Source: a virus (taxonomy: Duplodnaviria > Caudoviricetes). From it: a DNA stretch of 25,426 bases. Under the pieces are notes generated by a model. That model was not told where the DNA came from. It was given only the letters and a program-made list of their open reading frames with translations, and searched no databases. The DNA lies in the IMG/VR virus record IMGVR_UViG_3300004691_000003, positions 1 through 25,426 of that record; one strand, written 5' to 3'. Position 1 is the first letter of the stretch. Each line of letters starts with the position of its first letter. Of this stretch, positions 7,574-14,647 are shown piece by piece. The translations under genes were made by a program, and so were the position numbers.

Positions 7574-7779
7574 TATGACTTGAAATTAACAATTAGATTT
7601 CCATTTCCATTTGGAAGAACGCTCACGTTGAGGCCCGTAGCGTTGGACCAACTGGAAGTGGAAGGAAGTTCAATTAGGTTGGCTCCAGAGATGAGGGCCA
7701 CAAGTGCCGTGACTTGATCGGCAGTAAGCTGCCCCTTGAGTTGATAGGGAACAGGAGCAAGGGTGATGGGAGTGGACAT
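7573..7779 (-). CDS. Hypothetical protein, 68 aa (possible fibre-associated)
   Basis: Clean ORF filling the gap, coupled to the next gene. Confidence 0.7.
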   Translation of the reverse strand: MSTPITLAPVPYQLKGQLTADQVTALVALISGANLIELPSTSSWSNATGLNVSVLPNGNGNLIVNFKS

Positions 7780-7784
7780 GGTCT

Positions 7785-8012
7785 TTAAGGTTTTGTGTAG
7801 TAGCTTGGATCAAATGTAGGAATTTTGTCGTAAGGCGACAAGCCAAAAAGAATTTCATGATAGTCTGCCAAAAATGAATCAGTTGCAAGATCGGCAGAAA
7901 TCAACAAAACTCCATCAATTGTTTTGATTGGATCAATGCGCCTATCATTATGCGCTTGATTTATTGCTTCAAGATCAGGAAGTTTTTCTGGAGGTAGTAT
8001 TAACCAGTTCAT
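7785..8012 (-). CDS. Hypothetical protein, 75 aa (possible fibre-tip partner/chaperone)
   Basis: Start reassigned to ATG 8012 (ATGA overlap with the 291-aa gene). Confidence 0.7.
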   Translation of the reverse strand: MNWLILPPEKLPDLEAINQAHNDRRIDPIKTIDGVLLISADLATDSFLADYHEILFGLSPYDKIPTFDPSYYTKP

Positions 8013-8884
8013 ACATTTGCAGAAAATGCCGTCATTAGTGTTTGCCATCTTGCGCTAAAATTTGCTACTTGGGTCGAACTCATCCCTGTTCCAATGGAAT
8101 ATCCCCTGATGTAGCGACTTGAAAAATCGACCGGATTTGCAGGAGTGGGAGAAGTTCCACGACTTCTGGCAAGCAAGAACAGGTTTACATTCGGGAAACT
8201 TTGAATCGATTGCGTTCCGCTTCCAGCGGAGCTTCCTGCCACATAATACGTTTGTGTAGTAGAACCATTGGTTGTGACCATACAAAAGCCCTGCCTTCCT
8301 CCAGATAAAATCACTTGGTTTGGCGAGGAAGCAATCGAACCGCCCTCATTTCCATTGTTTTTTCCCAAATACGTTGCGCTGTTTTGGTTTGCTGCGACAT
8401 CCCCTCCCATCAAAATACTAAAACTGCCGTCCGTAGTCGGCGTAAAATAGGCGGCTATGTGAGTGTTGGTGGTAGAATACGACAAGGCATAGGCATTTAA
8501 TCCCGTATTGAGGTATTTGTTGGATCCGTTGCCCTTGATTCCCGCAGTCGAACCTGTCGCCGCATAATCCCCCGAAACCAAATTTGTAGCAACAAGGTTT
8601 GGCTGCGTTCCCCCAGTGCCATCCTTTAATTTCACAACGGCTCCCGCAAGCTGATCCACGCCCACAAAAATTCCAATCTCTTTGCACAGCGACCACAACC
8701 CATCGGACTTGAGTCCAAGGACAAACGTGTTGATTGCGGATTTCGCGGAGGTTCCTATGGATCCCGAGTTGGCAACAATGTTGTTGAAATAAGCCTGTGC
8801 GTCGGAATCGTAAGCAGAGGATGACGGGGCAATGATGTTGAAAAACCCGCTCCTGGAAAACGTGCGAGAGGAAAAGAATGCCAT
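8009..8884 (-). CDS. Putative fibre-tip/receptor-binding protein (helical YDSDAQAY domain plus ConA/LamG-like beta sandwich)
   Basis: YDSDAQAYF...AINTFVLGLKSDGLW is a motif I recall from environmental phage virion proteins; it is followed by GNGSNKYLNTG and a G/S/T/N-rich beta region ending in a helix. Confidence 0.55.
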   Translation of the reverse strand: MAFFSSRTFSRSGFFNIIAPSSSAYDSDAQAYFNNIVANSGSIGTSAKSAINTFVLGLKSDGLWSLCKEIGIFVGVDQLAGAVVKLKDGTGGTQPNLVATNLVSGDYAATGSTAGIKGNGSNKYLNTGLNAYALSYSTTNTHIAAYFTPTTDGSFSILMGGDVAANQNSATYLGKNNGNEGGSIASSPNQVILSGGRQGFCMVTTNGSTTQTYYVAGSSAGSGTQSIQSFPNVNLFLLARSRGTSPTPANPVDFSSRYIRGYSIGTGMSSTQVANFSARWQTLMTAFSANV

Positions 8885-8885
8885 A

Positions 8886-9641
8886 TCAAGCGTACATCAA
8901 AGCGTAGCTCACGTTTCCAGACAGGTAGAGGTATTGACTGGAAGATGGCAAAACCGAGAACTGGTAGCCCTGCCCTGGAGCTAGTTGAATCCCATTCGCG
9001 GAGGCGGTGACCGTGCTTGTCCCGCAGTAAAAATAAAGGTTGTTCAGCGTGGCCGTGTTTTGAACCGTGAGCATTTTCGTGCAGGAACTTCCTGCCAATA
9101 CCGTCGCTCCTCCAGGCAAGGAAGATGCCGTCCCTCCAACGTTGGTGATCGAGGCAGCGGGGGAATATCCCGTCAAACTTTGGCCGGAGGCAAGACTCAC
9201 AGAACCTATCGGGCTGGATCCTGCCCCTAGCGTAACAGTTCCTCCGACAATGGAATCGTAGGCTGGAAGGGTGGCATTTGATCCATAGCCTCCGTTCAAA
9301 GTCACGTTGAACGGGGACGCATTATCGGAAGCAATGCTGACGGGAAGCGTGGCAGAACTGCCGCCTATCGTGATCGTGGTGGGAGCATTTACGGGATTGA
9401 CACCATTGTCGTAATAGATGGTGAGGAGATCCGTATTGGCAGCGGGAGCCACGGACAGCGTGGCAACGGCATTGTTTCCAGAAATCGTTGTGTATCCCGA
9501 AAGCGTCGGGCCAGCGGGGCCATAGAGAAGTTGCCCCGTGGTGGCGTCGCTGATGAAGAGAAGGTGATCGGCGAGAGTATTGACTCCTCCGAGCGTGACG
9601 GTGTTTCCAGATAAGGTGTAGTTTGGTACGAGTGTTTTCAT
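8886..9641 (-). CDS. Virion fibre/adaptor protein, 251 aa
   Basis: S/T/G/A-rich; N-terminal beta domain (NYTLSGNTVTL...LLFISDATTGQLLY) and C-terminal beta sandwich (MLTVQN...LYFYCG...GIQLAPGQGYQF). Confidence 0.6.
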   Translation of the reverse strand: MKTLVPNYTLSGNTVTLGGVNTLADHLLFISDATTGQLLYGPAGPTLSGYTTISGNNAVATLSVAPAANTDLLTIYYDNGVNPVNAPTTITIGGSSATLPVSIASDNASPFNVTLNGGYGSNATLPAYDSIVGGTVTLGAGSSPIGSVSLASGQSLTGYSPAASITNVGGTASSLPGGATVLAGSSCTKMLTVQNTATLNNLYFYCGTSTVTASANGIQLAPGQGYQFSVLPSSSQYLYLSGNVSYALMYA

Positions 9642-10369
9642 CCGAGTGCTATTGCGAGGGCGATTGCCTGTTGTTGAGTGACTCCACCGCCGCCTCCGGT
9701 GAAGTTGGTAGCGTGGAGATTTCCTAGGGAATCGAATCCCGCTGTCCCGCTTGCAAAAGAAATGGAACCAGAAATCCCTGCATTTCCAGATCCATCATCC
9801 AGCGTGTTATTGGCAGTAAAAGCCGCGCCCGCTCCTAAAAAAGGGTTGACCACAAATGCCGCAGATTGATCTGGGTTATTCCTAAATGCAGAAACGCGAA
9901 ATCCAGTCCACGTTGGCCCATAAACAAGCCATTCGTTGCCTGCGCCAAAACCTGAACCGAATCCAAAATTTCCATACACGTCGATTTGTGCTCCTTGTCC
10001 GAACCCCCCGGAATATTGATTACTTTGAAATCCCGCATTTCCTCCGCAAATAAAATTACCGGATTGATCAATTTGCGATCCTCCAAACGGGTTTGCGGTT
10101 CCAAAAACAGCGGAACCATCCGCATTTATCTGCGTCATTCCTCCATTGATATTAACGGAATTAAACGCAACATCATTGGTGCTATTTAATAGCTGATCAA
10201 AAGAAGCTCCACCTCCATACGGCAACTGCGTCCAAGTGGAAGTTCCGTCTCCTATCTTAATTTTGTTTGGAGTCCCAAGCTCAACGCCTATCTCTCCACT
10301 GGAAAGAACGGGATTAGCCGTCGTCCAGTCAGACGCAGAGCCTCTACGAAGTTGAATTTTTGAAAGCAT
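9638..10369 (-). CDS. Fibre protein with Mtd_N (major tropism determinant N-terminal-like) domain
   Basis: KIQLRRGSASDWTTANPVLSSGEIGVELGTPNKIKIGDGTSTWTQLPY, then Gly/Phe/Asn-rich beta repeats; ends AIALAIALG. Confidence 0.85.
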   Translation of the reverse strand: MLSKIQLRRGSASDWTTANPVLSSGEIGVELGTPNKIKIGDGTSTWTQLPYGGGASFDQLLNSTNDVAFNSVNINGGMTQINADGSAVFGTANPFGGSQIDQSGNFICGGNAGFQSNQYSGGFGQGAQIDVYGNFGFGSGFGAGNEWLVYGPTWTGFRVSAFRNNPDQSAAFVVNPFLGAGAAFTANNTLDDGSGNAGISGSISFASGTAGFDSLGNLHATNFTGGGGGVTQQQAIALAIALG

Positions 10370-10374
10370 GATGT

Positions 10375-11817
10375 TTAAGGGGTTCCCCCGTCAACAATGA
10401 TTGTATCAGGGTAGACTGTGTTTGCAAAGCCTCCATTAATCGGAACTCCCACAGGAGAAATTCCCCCGTTAAATGTTTGCCAAGCTCCAGCAATCCTAAC
10501 GTATTGGTTTAGCGTATCAGGGGCATCGTTGGCAAGAGCCATTGTTCCAAGACCTGATATATTGTTTGCCGATAAAGTTACTGCCCCAGTTTTCCCTGCC
10601 ACCGAAGTCACGGGGGCTAAAGTGATAAAGCCAGAATTATTGGTTAACTGGCTTGTGGAAGTTGGAATCGTAGGTTTGTTGAGAATCGCAGCGACTCCGC
10701 TAGCGGCATTCCAATCGGCATTTACTTGAGCCGCTGGGATTGTAGGCTTCCCAGTGAGGTCTGAATAACTCCCCGTTGTAGCCACCGTTGCTAACCCAGA
10801 AATTAACGAGATAGGAACAGAAGAAAGAGCAGCAAGGATACCAAGTCCAGAAATCAACGATGCAGGAGGAGCCGCATGGATATGGTCGGCATGAGCGGCA
10901 TAAGCGGATGTTCCAGTCTGATTGCTGGATCCTACTGCTTGAGGAGTGAGAGATGCGGGAGCAACCGCCGCCCCTGCAACCGTTGATTGCGCGGGAGTGT
11001 ATCCCAAGGCATTTGTCACGTCTCCAGAAGTGAGCGTGATATTTCCAATCCTTCCAAAAACAGATTGCACCGGAGCTGCTGAAGCAGCAGCGGCAGAAAA
11101 TCCAGAGATATCAGCAGTTCCTAAAGTCACTGCTCCCGTCTTTCCTGCAACCGAAGTTACCAACAGAGAAGTCAAATACCCACTGTCGTTCGTGAGTTGA
11201 CTGGTTTTTGTAGGAATGATGGGCTTGTTCGCAATTGAAGCAACTCCAAGGGTTGCGTTCCAATCAGAATTGACTTGAGCGGCAGGGATGACTGGCTTGT
11301 TGGAAAGATCATTGTAGCTCCCTGACGTGGCTACCGTTGCTAGACCTGTAACCAAGCTAGCTGGAACTGAAGAAAGAGTGGCAAGCCCTTTTAATCCAGA
11401 AATGTCTCCTGTTGCCAAAGTCACTGCCCCCGTTTTACCAGCCACAGAGGTTACTAGAAGCGAAGTCAAATACCCGCTATCATTAGTAAGCTGACTGGTT
11501 TTTGTCGGGATGGATGTGGTGTTTGCTGGAGTGTATCCTACGGCAAGCGTTACGTCATTGGAAGTGAGGGTGACTGCGCCAGTGCGTGTGTTAAATGACG
11601 ATACTCCAGATCCAGAACCAATAGCAGAAACCGATTTATCTGAGTTGATTACATAAACCGTGTTTGTTCCAGTGACGGCACAAACCTGTCCCGCATAGGC
11701 CGTGGCATCATTGGTAGCATACGTCTGAAGCGCAGTAAGCGTGGCAAACGTGGCCGTGGCATCCACCGGCCCAGCAAACCTGCGTGTGTACCCAACCAGA
11801 AGATCATTCGTTGCCAT
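10375..11817 (-). CDS. Tail/head fibre protein with mosaic shaft repeats, 480 aa
   Basis: Repeated fibre motifs VxSVxGKTGAVTL (5 variants), IPTKTSQLTNDSG (x3), LATVATSGSYxDLxxKP (x2), QVNxDWNA (x2); ends IVDGGTP. Confidence 0.85.
   Translation of the reverse strand: MATNDLLVGYTRRFAGPVDATATFATLTALQTYATNDATAYAGQVCAVTGTNTVYVINSDKSVSAIGSGSGVSSFNTRTGAVTLTSNDVTLAVGYTPANTTSIPTKTSQLTNDSGYLTSLLVTSVAGKTGAVTLATGDISGLKGLATLSSVPASLVTGLATVATSGSYNDLSNKPVIPAAQVNSDWNATLGVASIANKPIIPTKTSQLTNDSGYLTSLLVTSVAGKTGAVTLGTADISGFSAAAASAAPVQSVFGRIGNITLTSGDVTNALGYTPAQSTVAGAAVAPASLTPQAVGSSNQTGTSAYAAHADHIHAAPPASLISGLGILAALSSVPISLISGLATVATTGSYSDLTGKPTIPAAQVNADWNAASGVAAILNKPTIPTSTSQLTNNSGFITLAPVTSVAGKTGAVTLSANNISGLGTMALANDAPDTLNQYVRIAGAWQTFNGGISPVGVPINGGFANTVYPDTIIVDGGTP
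11122..11511 (-). repeat. Two copies of an identical 32-aa unit (11416-11511 and 11122-11217)
   Basis: Both encode IPTKTSQLTNDSGYLTSLLVTSVAGKTGAVTL. Confidence 0.9.
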
Positions 11818-11822
11818 GTGCG

Positions 11823-13436
11823 TTAGGTCGTGGTCACGTTAAAAGTTCCCGCACTTCCAAGCCCCCCGAGAATGGGCAAGAAATAAACGTTGTCGTTGGC
11901 GGCAGTTGATCCATTCGCCCCATTAACAGAAACCGTGGATGTGGAAAAATTCGCTACAGGAACAGGAGACGTGACTCCGTTTTGGGTAAAGCTGACTTGC
12001 GTGAGTGTGCGGCTATTAGGAAGAGCAATTGTAAGTCCCGTTGATCCCGTTGCAGCAGAAATAGAAAATGAAGTGTTCCCCGAAATATCAGGAGAACTTA
12101 ATCCACGAATTCCTGCGCTTGTGGTAGGAGCGGAAGTCAGGGTATTTGCCGCATAGAACATTGCGCGAACAGGAGTGAATGTCGGGCCAAAAAGGGAATT
12201 GACGGTTCCTGATGGAATAGGGGTTCCTGAGTTGTTCCCCAAATTGTCTTTTTTCTGTGGCCCTTGTGCGTAAGTGACCGACCCAGAAAATGTGTGGGAA
12301 GAAGTAAGAGAAGAAACCGAATAACTATATGTGAATGTTGTTGCTACTTGCGAACCATCCAACTTGATGGAATATGCCGTAGCAGACCCTGCATCATACT
12401 GATCAAACACCAAAGTGATGGTTGACGAAATTGCTGTTCCGTATTCCACGGTCGTTGAACCCGATCCGATAACATAGCAATCTGGATTAGTATATGTAGC
12501 AGGAATAACTGTGGTAAGAATGTTTTCCACAACCGTCAGCAAACTTGTCCCAGCGGCAATCGTGGATCCATTTGTGTAACTTCCTAGAGTCACTCCGTTC
12601 TGAAGATTGACAGTAAAGTTGGTTGGAATCGTGGATGATCCCCCACTGCCACCACTGGGAAGCGTGAAATTCAGAACCGCTGCGGAGCTTGTTCCTGAAT
12701 TTGATACCGCAGGAATAGAGCCAGTCGTGGTCGTACCGACCGTCACCGTCGCGGCGGTTCCTGACGGCCCAGTGGACCCCGGTGACCCTTGGGCTCCAGT
12801 CGCTCCCGTAGGCCCCGCCGGAAGGGTCAACAACAAAACAGGGTGCGAGGGGTCTGTATTGTTAAGCGAAGCCGATCCTGCTGTTCCAGACGGGACTGTT
12901 GATACGGTAGAAGAAACCGAAAGCGTAGGTGAGGTTCCTGTTGCCCCTGAAGGCCCTGTTGAGCCTTGTGCCCCTTGGGCTCCAGCAGGAAGCGTTAGCA
13001 ACAAGATGGGATGACTCGGATCTGTATTATTAAGCGAAGCTGAACCAGCCGTACCCGAGGGAACTGTACCAACAATAGAATTAACAGATAGTGTTGGGGA
13101 AACTCCATTGATCCCTGCAATTCCTGGCAAACCTTGTGGTCCAGCTATCCCAGCATAAACCGCAATAGGGTTCCCCCCACTTGGAGGAGATAGCGTTATT
13201 TTATTAGCTGGATTTGAAGGAGTGATGGTCAGCGCATTCCCAATCGCTGCTGGAGTCAGAACTATGCTATTCCCAACCGGAGGAGATAATGTGATTTTAT
13301 TTCCTGAGCTTGAAGCAGGGGTGGTAAGAACTACGCTATTCCCGCTTGGGGTAGTAATTGCAAGCGAGTTCCCTGCCGCTGGAGGGGTAAGGACTATGCT
13401 ATTCCCACTTGAAGGTGGATTGATAACAGAACTCAC
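11823..13436 (-). CDS. Collagen-like fibre protein, 537 aa
   Basis: GTG start overlapping the upstream TGA. Gly-X-Y runs (GPQGLPGIAGINGVS; GAQGAQGSTGPSGATG) alternate with knob units (TVPSGTAGSASLNNTDPSHP x2; ATVTVGTTTTG...AVLNFTLP), followed by beta-rich C-terminal domains. Confidence 0.85.
   Translation of the reverse strand: MSSVINPPSSGNSIVLTPPAAGNSLAITTPSGNSVVLTTPASSSGNKITLSPPVGNSIVLTPAAIGNALTITPSNPANKITLSPPSGGNPIAVYAGIAGPQGLPGIAGINGVSPTLSVNSIVGTVPSGTAGSASLNNTDPSHPILLLTLPAGAQGAQGSTGPSGATGTSPTLSVSSTVSTVPSGTAGSASLNNTDPSHPVLLLTLPAGPTGATGAQGSPGSTGPSGTAATVTVGTTTTGSIPAVSNSGTSSAAVLNFTLPSGGSGGSSTIPTNFTVNLQNGVTLGSYTNGSTIAAGTSLLTVVENILTTVIPATYTNPDCYVIGSGSTTVEYGTAISSTITLVFDQYDAGSATAYSIKLDGSQVATTFTYSYSVSSLTSSHTFSGSVTYAQGPQKKDNLGNNSGTPIPSGTVNSLFGPTFTPVRAMFYAANTLTSAPTTSAGIRGLSSPDISGNTSFSISAATGSTGLTIALPNSRTLTQVSFTQNGVTSPVPVANFSTSTVSVNGANGSTAANDNVYFLPILGGLGSAGTFNVTTT
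13149..13403 (-). repeat. Eight tandem 8-13-aa N-x-hydrophobic-x-hydrophobic-(T/S)-P units
   Basis: NSIVLTPPAAG / NSLAITTPSG / NSVVLTTPASSSG / NKITLSPPVG / NSIVLTPAAIG / NALTITPSNPA / NKITLSPPSGG / NPIAVYAG (last unit degenerate). Confidence 0.85.
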
Positions 13437-13777
13437 GGCAAGGTAATGGATTCAACAACGTCAACAAATCCTTTCAACAAATGCGTGGTAGAGCTACTGT
13501 TCTTAGCCAAAATGTCGTAACGATAGCGGTCTGGGGGAATTGAGCCAGAAGAAGTCCCCGACAAACTCACTCCCACATAGCCAGCTAGAGTGGACTTTGA
13601 GAGAGTGAAATCCCCTACCGAAGATGTGTTGTAATCTTTCTTGATGGATCCCGTGAGGGTGGTCGTGGACAAGTCCACGGGACTCCCATTCACATTATTG
13701 TAGATAAAGCTGAAGGAGAAATCGCTCCCCTGCTCTATCGCATTCTGATCAACAAGATTGAAGATTCCAGCAGCCAC
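13433..13777 (-). CDS. Ig-like fibre-attachment adaptor (BppU N-terminal / T5 LtfC-like), 114 aa
   Basis: IEQGSDFSFSF...GSPVDLS...IKK...RYRYDI...LLKGFVDV is the typical pattern of these small beta-sandwich adaptors; it precedes the collagen fibre gene. Confidence 0.75.
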   Translation of the reverse strand: MAAGIFNLVDQNAIEQGSDFSFSFIYNNVNGSPVDLSTTTLTGSIKKDYNTSSVGDFTLSKSTLAGYVGVSLSGTSSGSIPPDRYRYDILAKNSSSTTHLLKGFVDVVESITLP

Positions 13778-13780
13778 ACT

Positions 13781-14266
13781 TTAGAGATAAGTTAGGGCAA
13801 CGTCAATTCCAGTAGCAGCAGTAAGGCTTGATCCACCAAAACTAGTAGTAATAGCAAATGCTAATCCATTTACAAAGTTTACTCCACTTGGAATAAGAGG
13901 GAAAGAAATAGAGGCATTAGCCCTAGCTCTCAAAGAAAACAATGGAGTGGATGTATTTGTTGCAGCGGCATTATCAAAAAAAGAAACATAAGAATCAATT
14001 CCATTTGTGTTATTTATTAACACAGTTCCCAGAAGAGCAGGAGATGCTTTTGCTTGAACAAGATTATTTCCAGAAAGAGTGGATGTGGTAAAACTCTTAA
14101 CGGAAGGAAGTCCGTTTCCAATAGATGGAACCACATTCACGTCAAACGCATTTCCTCCAGCAGTGAGATTCTGGGATCCAAGAGAAAGAGCCTCAAGAAT
14201 CTTGCAAAGCGTGATGTTCTGCCCATCGGCAGGATTTGAATAAATAGGAGAGAAGGGCGTGGGCAT
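13781..14266 (-). CDS. Putative virion structural/decoration protein, 161 aa
   Basis: Beta-rich C-terminal domain KASPALLGTVLINN...YVSFFD...GVNFVNGLAFAIT; located in the structural block. Confidence 0.55.
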   Translation of the reverse strand: MPTPFSPIYSNPADGQNITLCKILEALSLGSQNLTAGGNAFDVNVVPSIGNGLPSVKSFTTSTLSGNNLVQAKASPALLGTVLINNTNGIDSYVSFFDNAAATNTSTPLFSLRARANASISFPLIPSGVNFVNGLAFAITTSFGGSSLTAATGIDVALTYL

Positions 14267-14272
14267 ATTATT

Positions 14273-14554
14273 TTATTCGTTGGGTTCTTCTTCCGAGGTC
14301 TCCTCCATAGAGGAAGATCCTTTCTTGTCATCCATAGAAGAAAGCTGTTCCTTGATGGCATCCTTTGCTCCCTTGGGCTTGTCCTTCCCATCCTTCTGAT
14401 CCCTAGAGAGAATGGGAGTCTTGTCCTGTCCAATCGACAGAAGCATCATCTCGTTTCCCTCAAACTTGAAAGAGGCAATCTCGCTAAACTCCTGCCCTTC
14501 CTTCACTCCTTCAGGAGCAGAAAAGCCTTTTGGGATATTGAATAGTACGGCCAT
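14273..14554 (-). CDS. Hypothetical protein, 93 aa, charged disordered tail
   Basis: Start reassigned to ATG 14554 because the TTG at 14596 lies in the terminator tail. Confidence 0.75.
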   Translation of the reverse strand: MAVLFNIPKGFSAPEGVKEGQEFSEIASFKFEGNEMMLLSIGQDKTPILSRDQKDGKDKPKGAKDAIKEQLSSMDDKKGSSSMEETSEEEPNE

Positions 14555-14561
14555 AGTGATT

Positions 14562-14593
14562 GATTCTTTATTAGATAATTTTGATTGCGTCAA
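14562..14593 (-). promoter_or_regulatory. Promoter-like motif copy 2 (would restart transcription after the capsid terminator)
   Basis: TTGACGCAATC-N12-TAAAGAATC directly after the terminator U-tract and 7 nt before ATG 14554. Confidence 0.5.
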
Positions 14594-14594
14594 C

Positions 14595-14633
14595 AAAAGA
14601 AAAGCCCCTCCGGTTTCCCAGAGGGGCTTTCTT
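14595..14633 (-). terminator. Rho-independent terminator after the capsid gene
   Basis: AAAGCCCCTCTGG-GAAA-CCGGAGGGGCTTT-TCTTTT: 13-bp stem (one G-U), GNRA loop and U-rich tail, just after the TAA-TAG double stop. Confidence 0.92.
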
Positions 14634-14647
14634 GTGAGCAGTTCCTA

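Noticed and set aside
9638-10369. Mtd_N domain suggesting a diversity-generating retroelement
   Set aside because: No reverse transcriptase, no C-type-lectin variable region and no TR/VR pair differing at adenines in the window. Mtd_N is common in ordinary fibres.
12607-13014. Pro/Val-rich plus-strand ORFs opposite the fibre genes (also 10418-10729, 10946-11200, 19569-20177)
   Set aside because: Antisense shadows of Gly/Thr/Ser-rich repetitive coding sequence.
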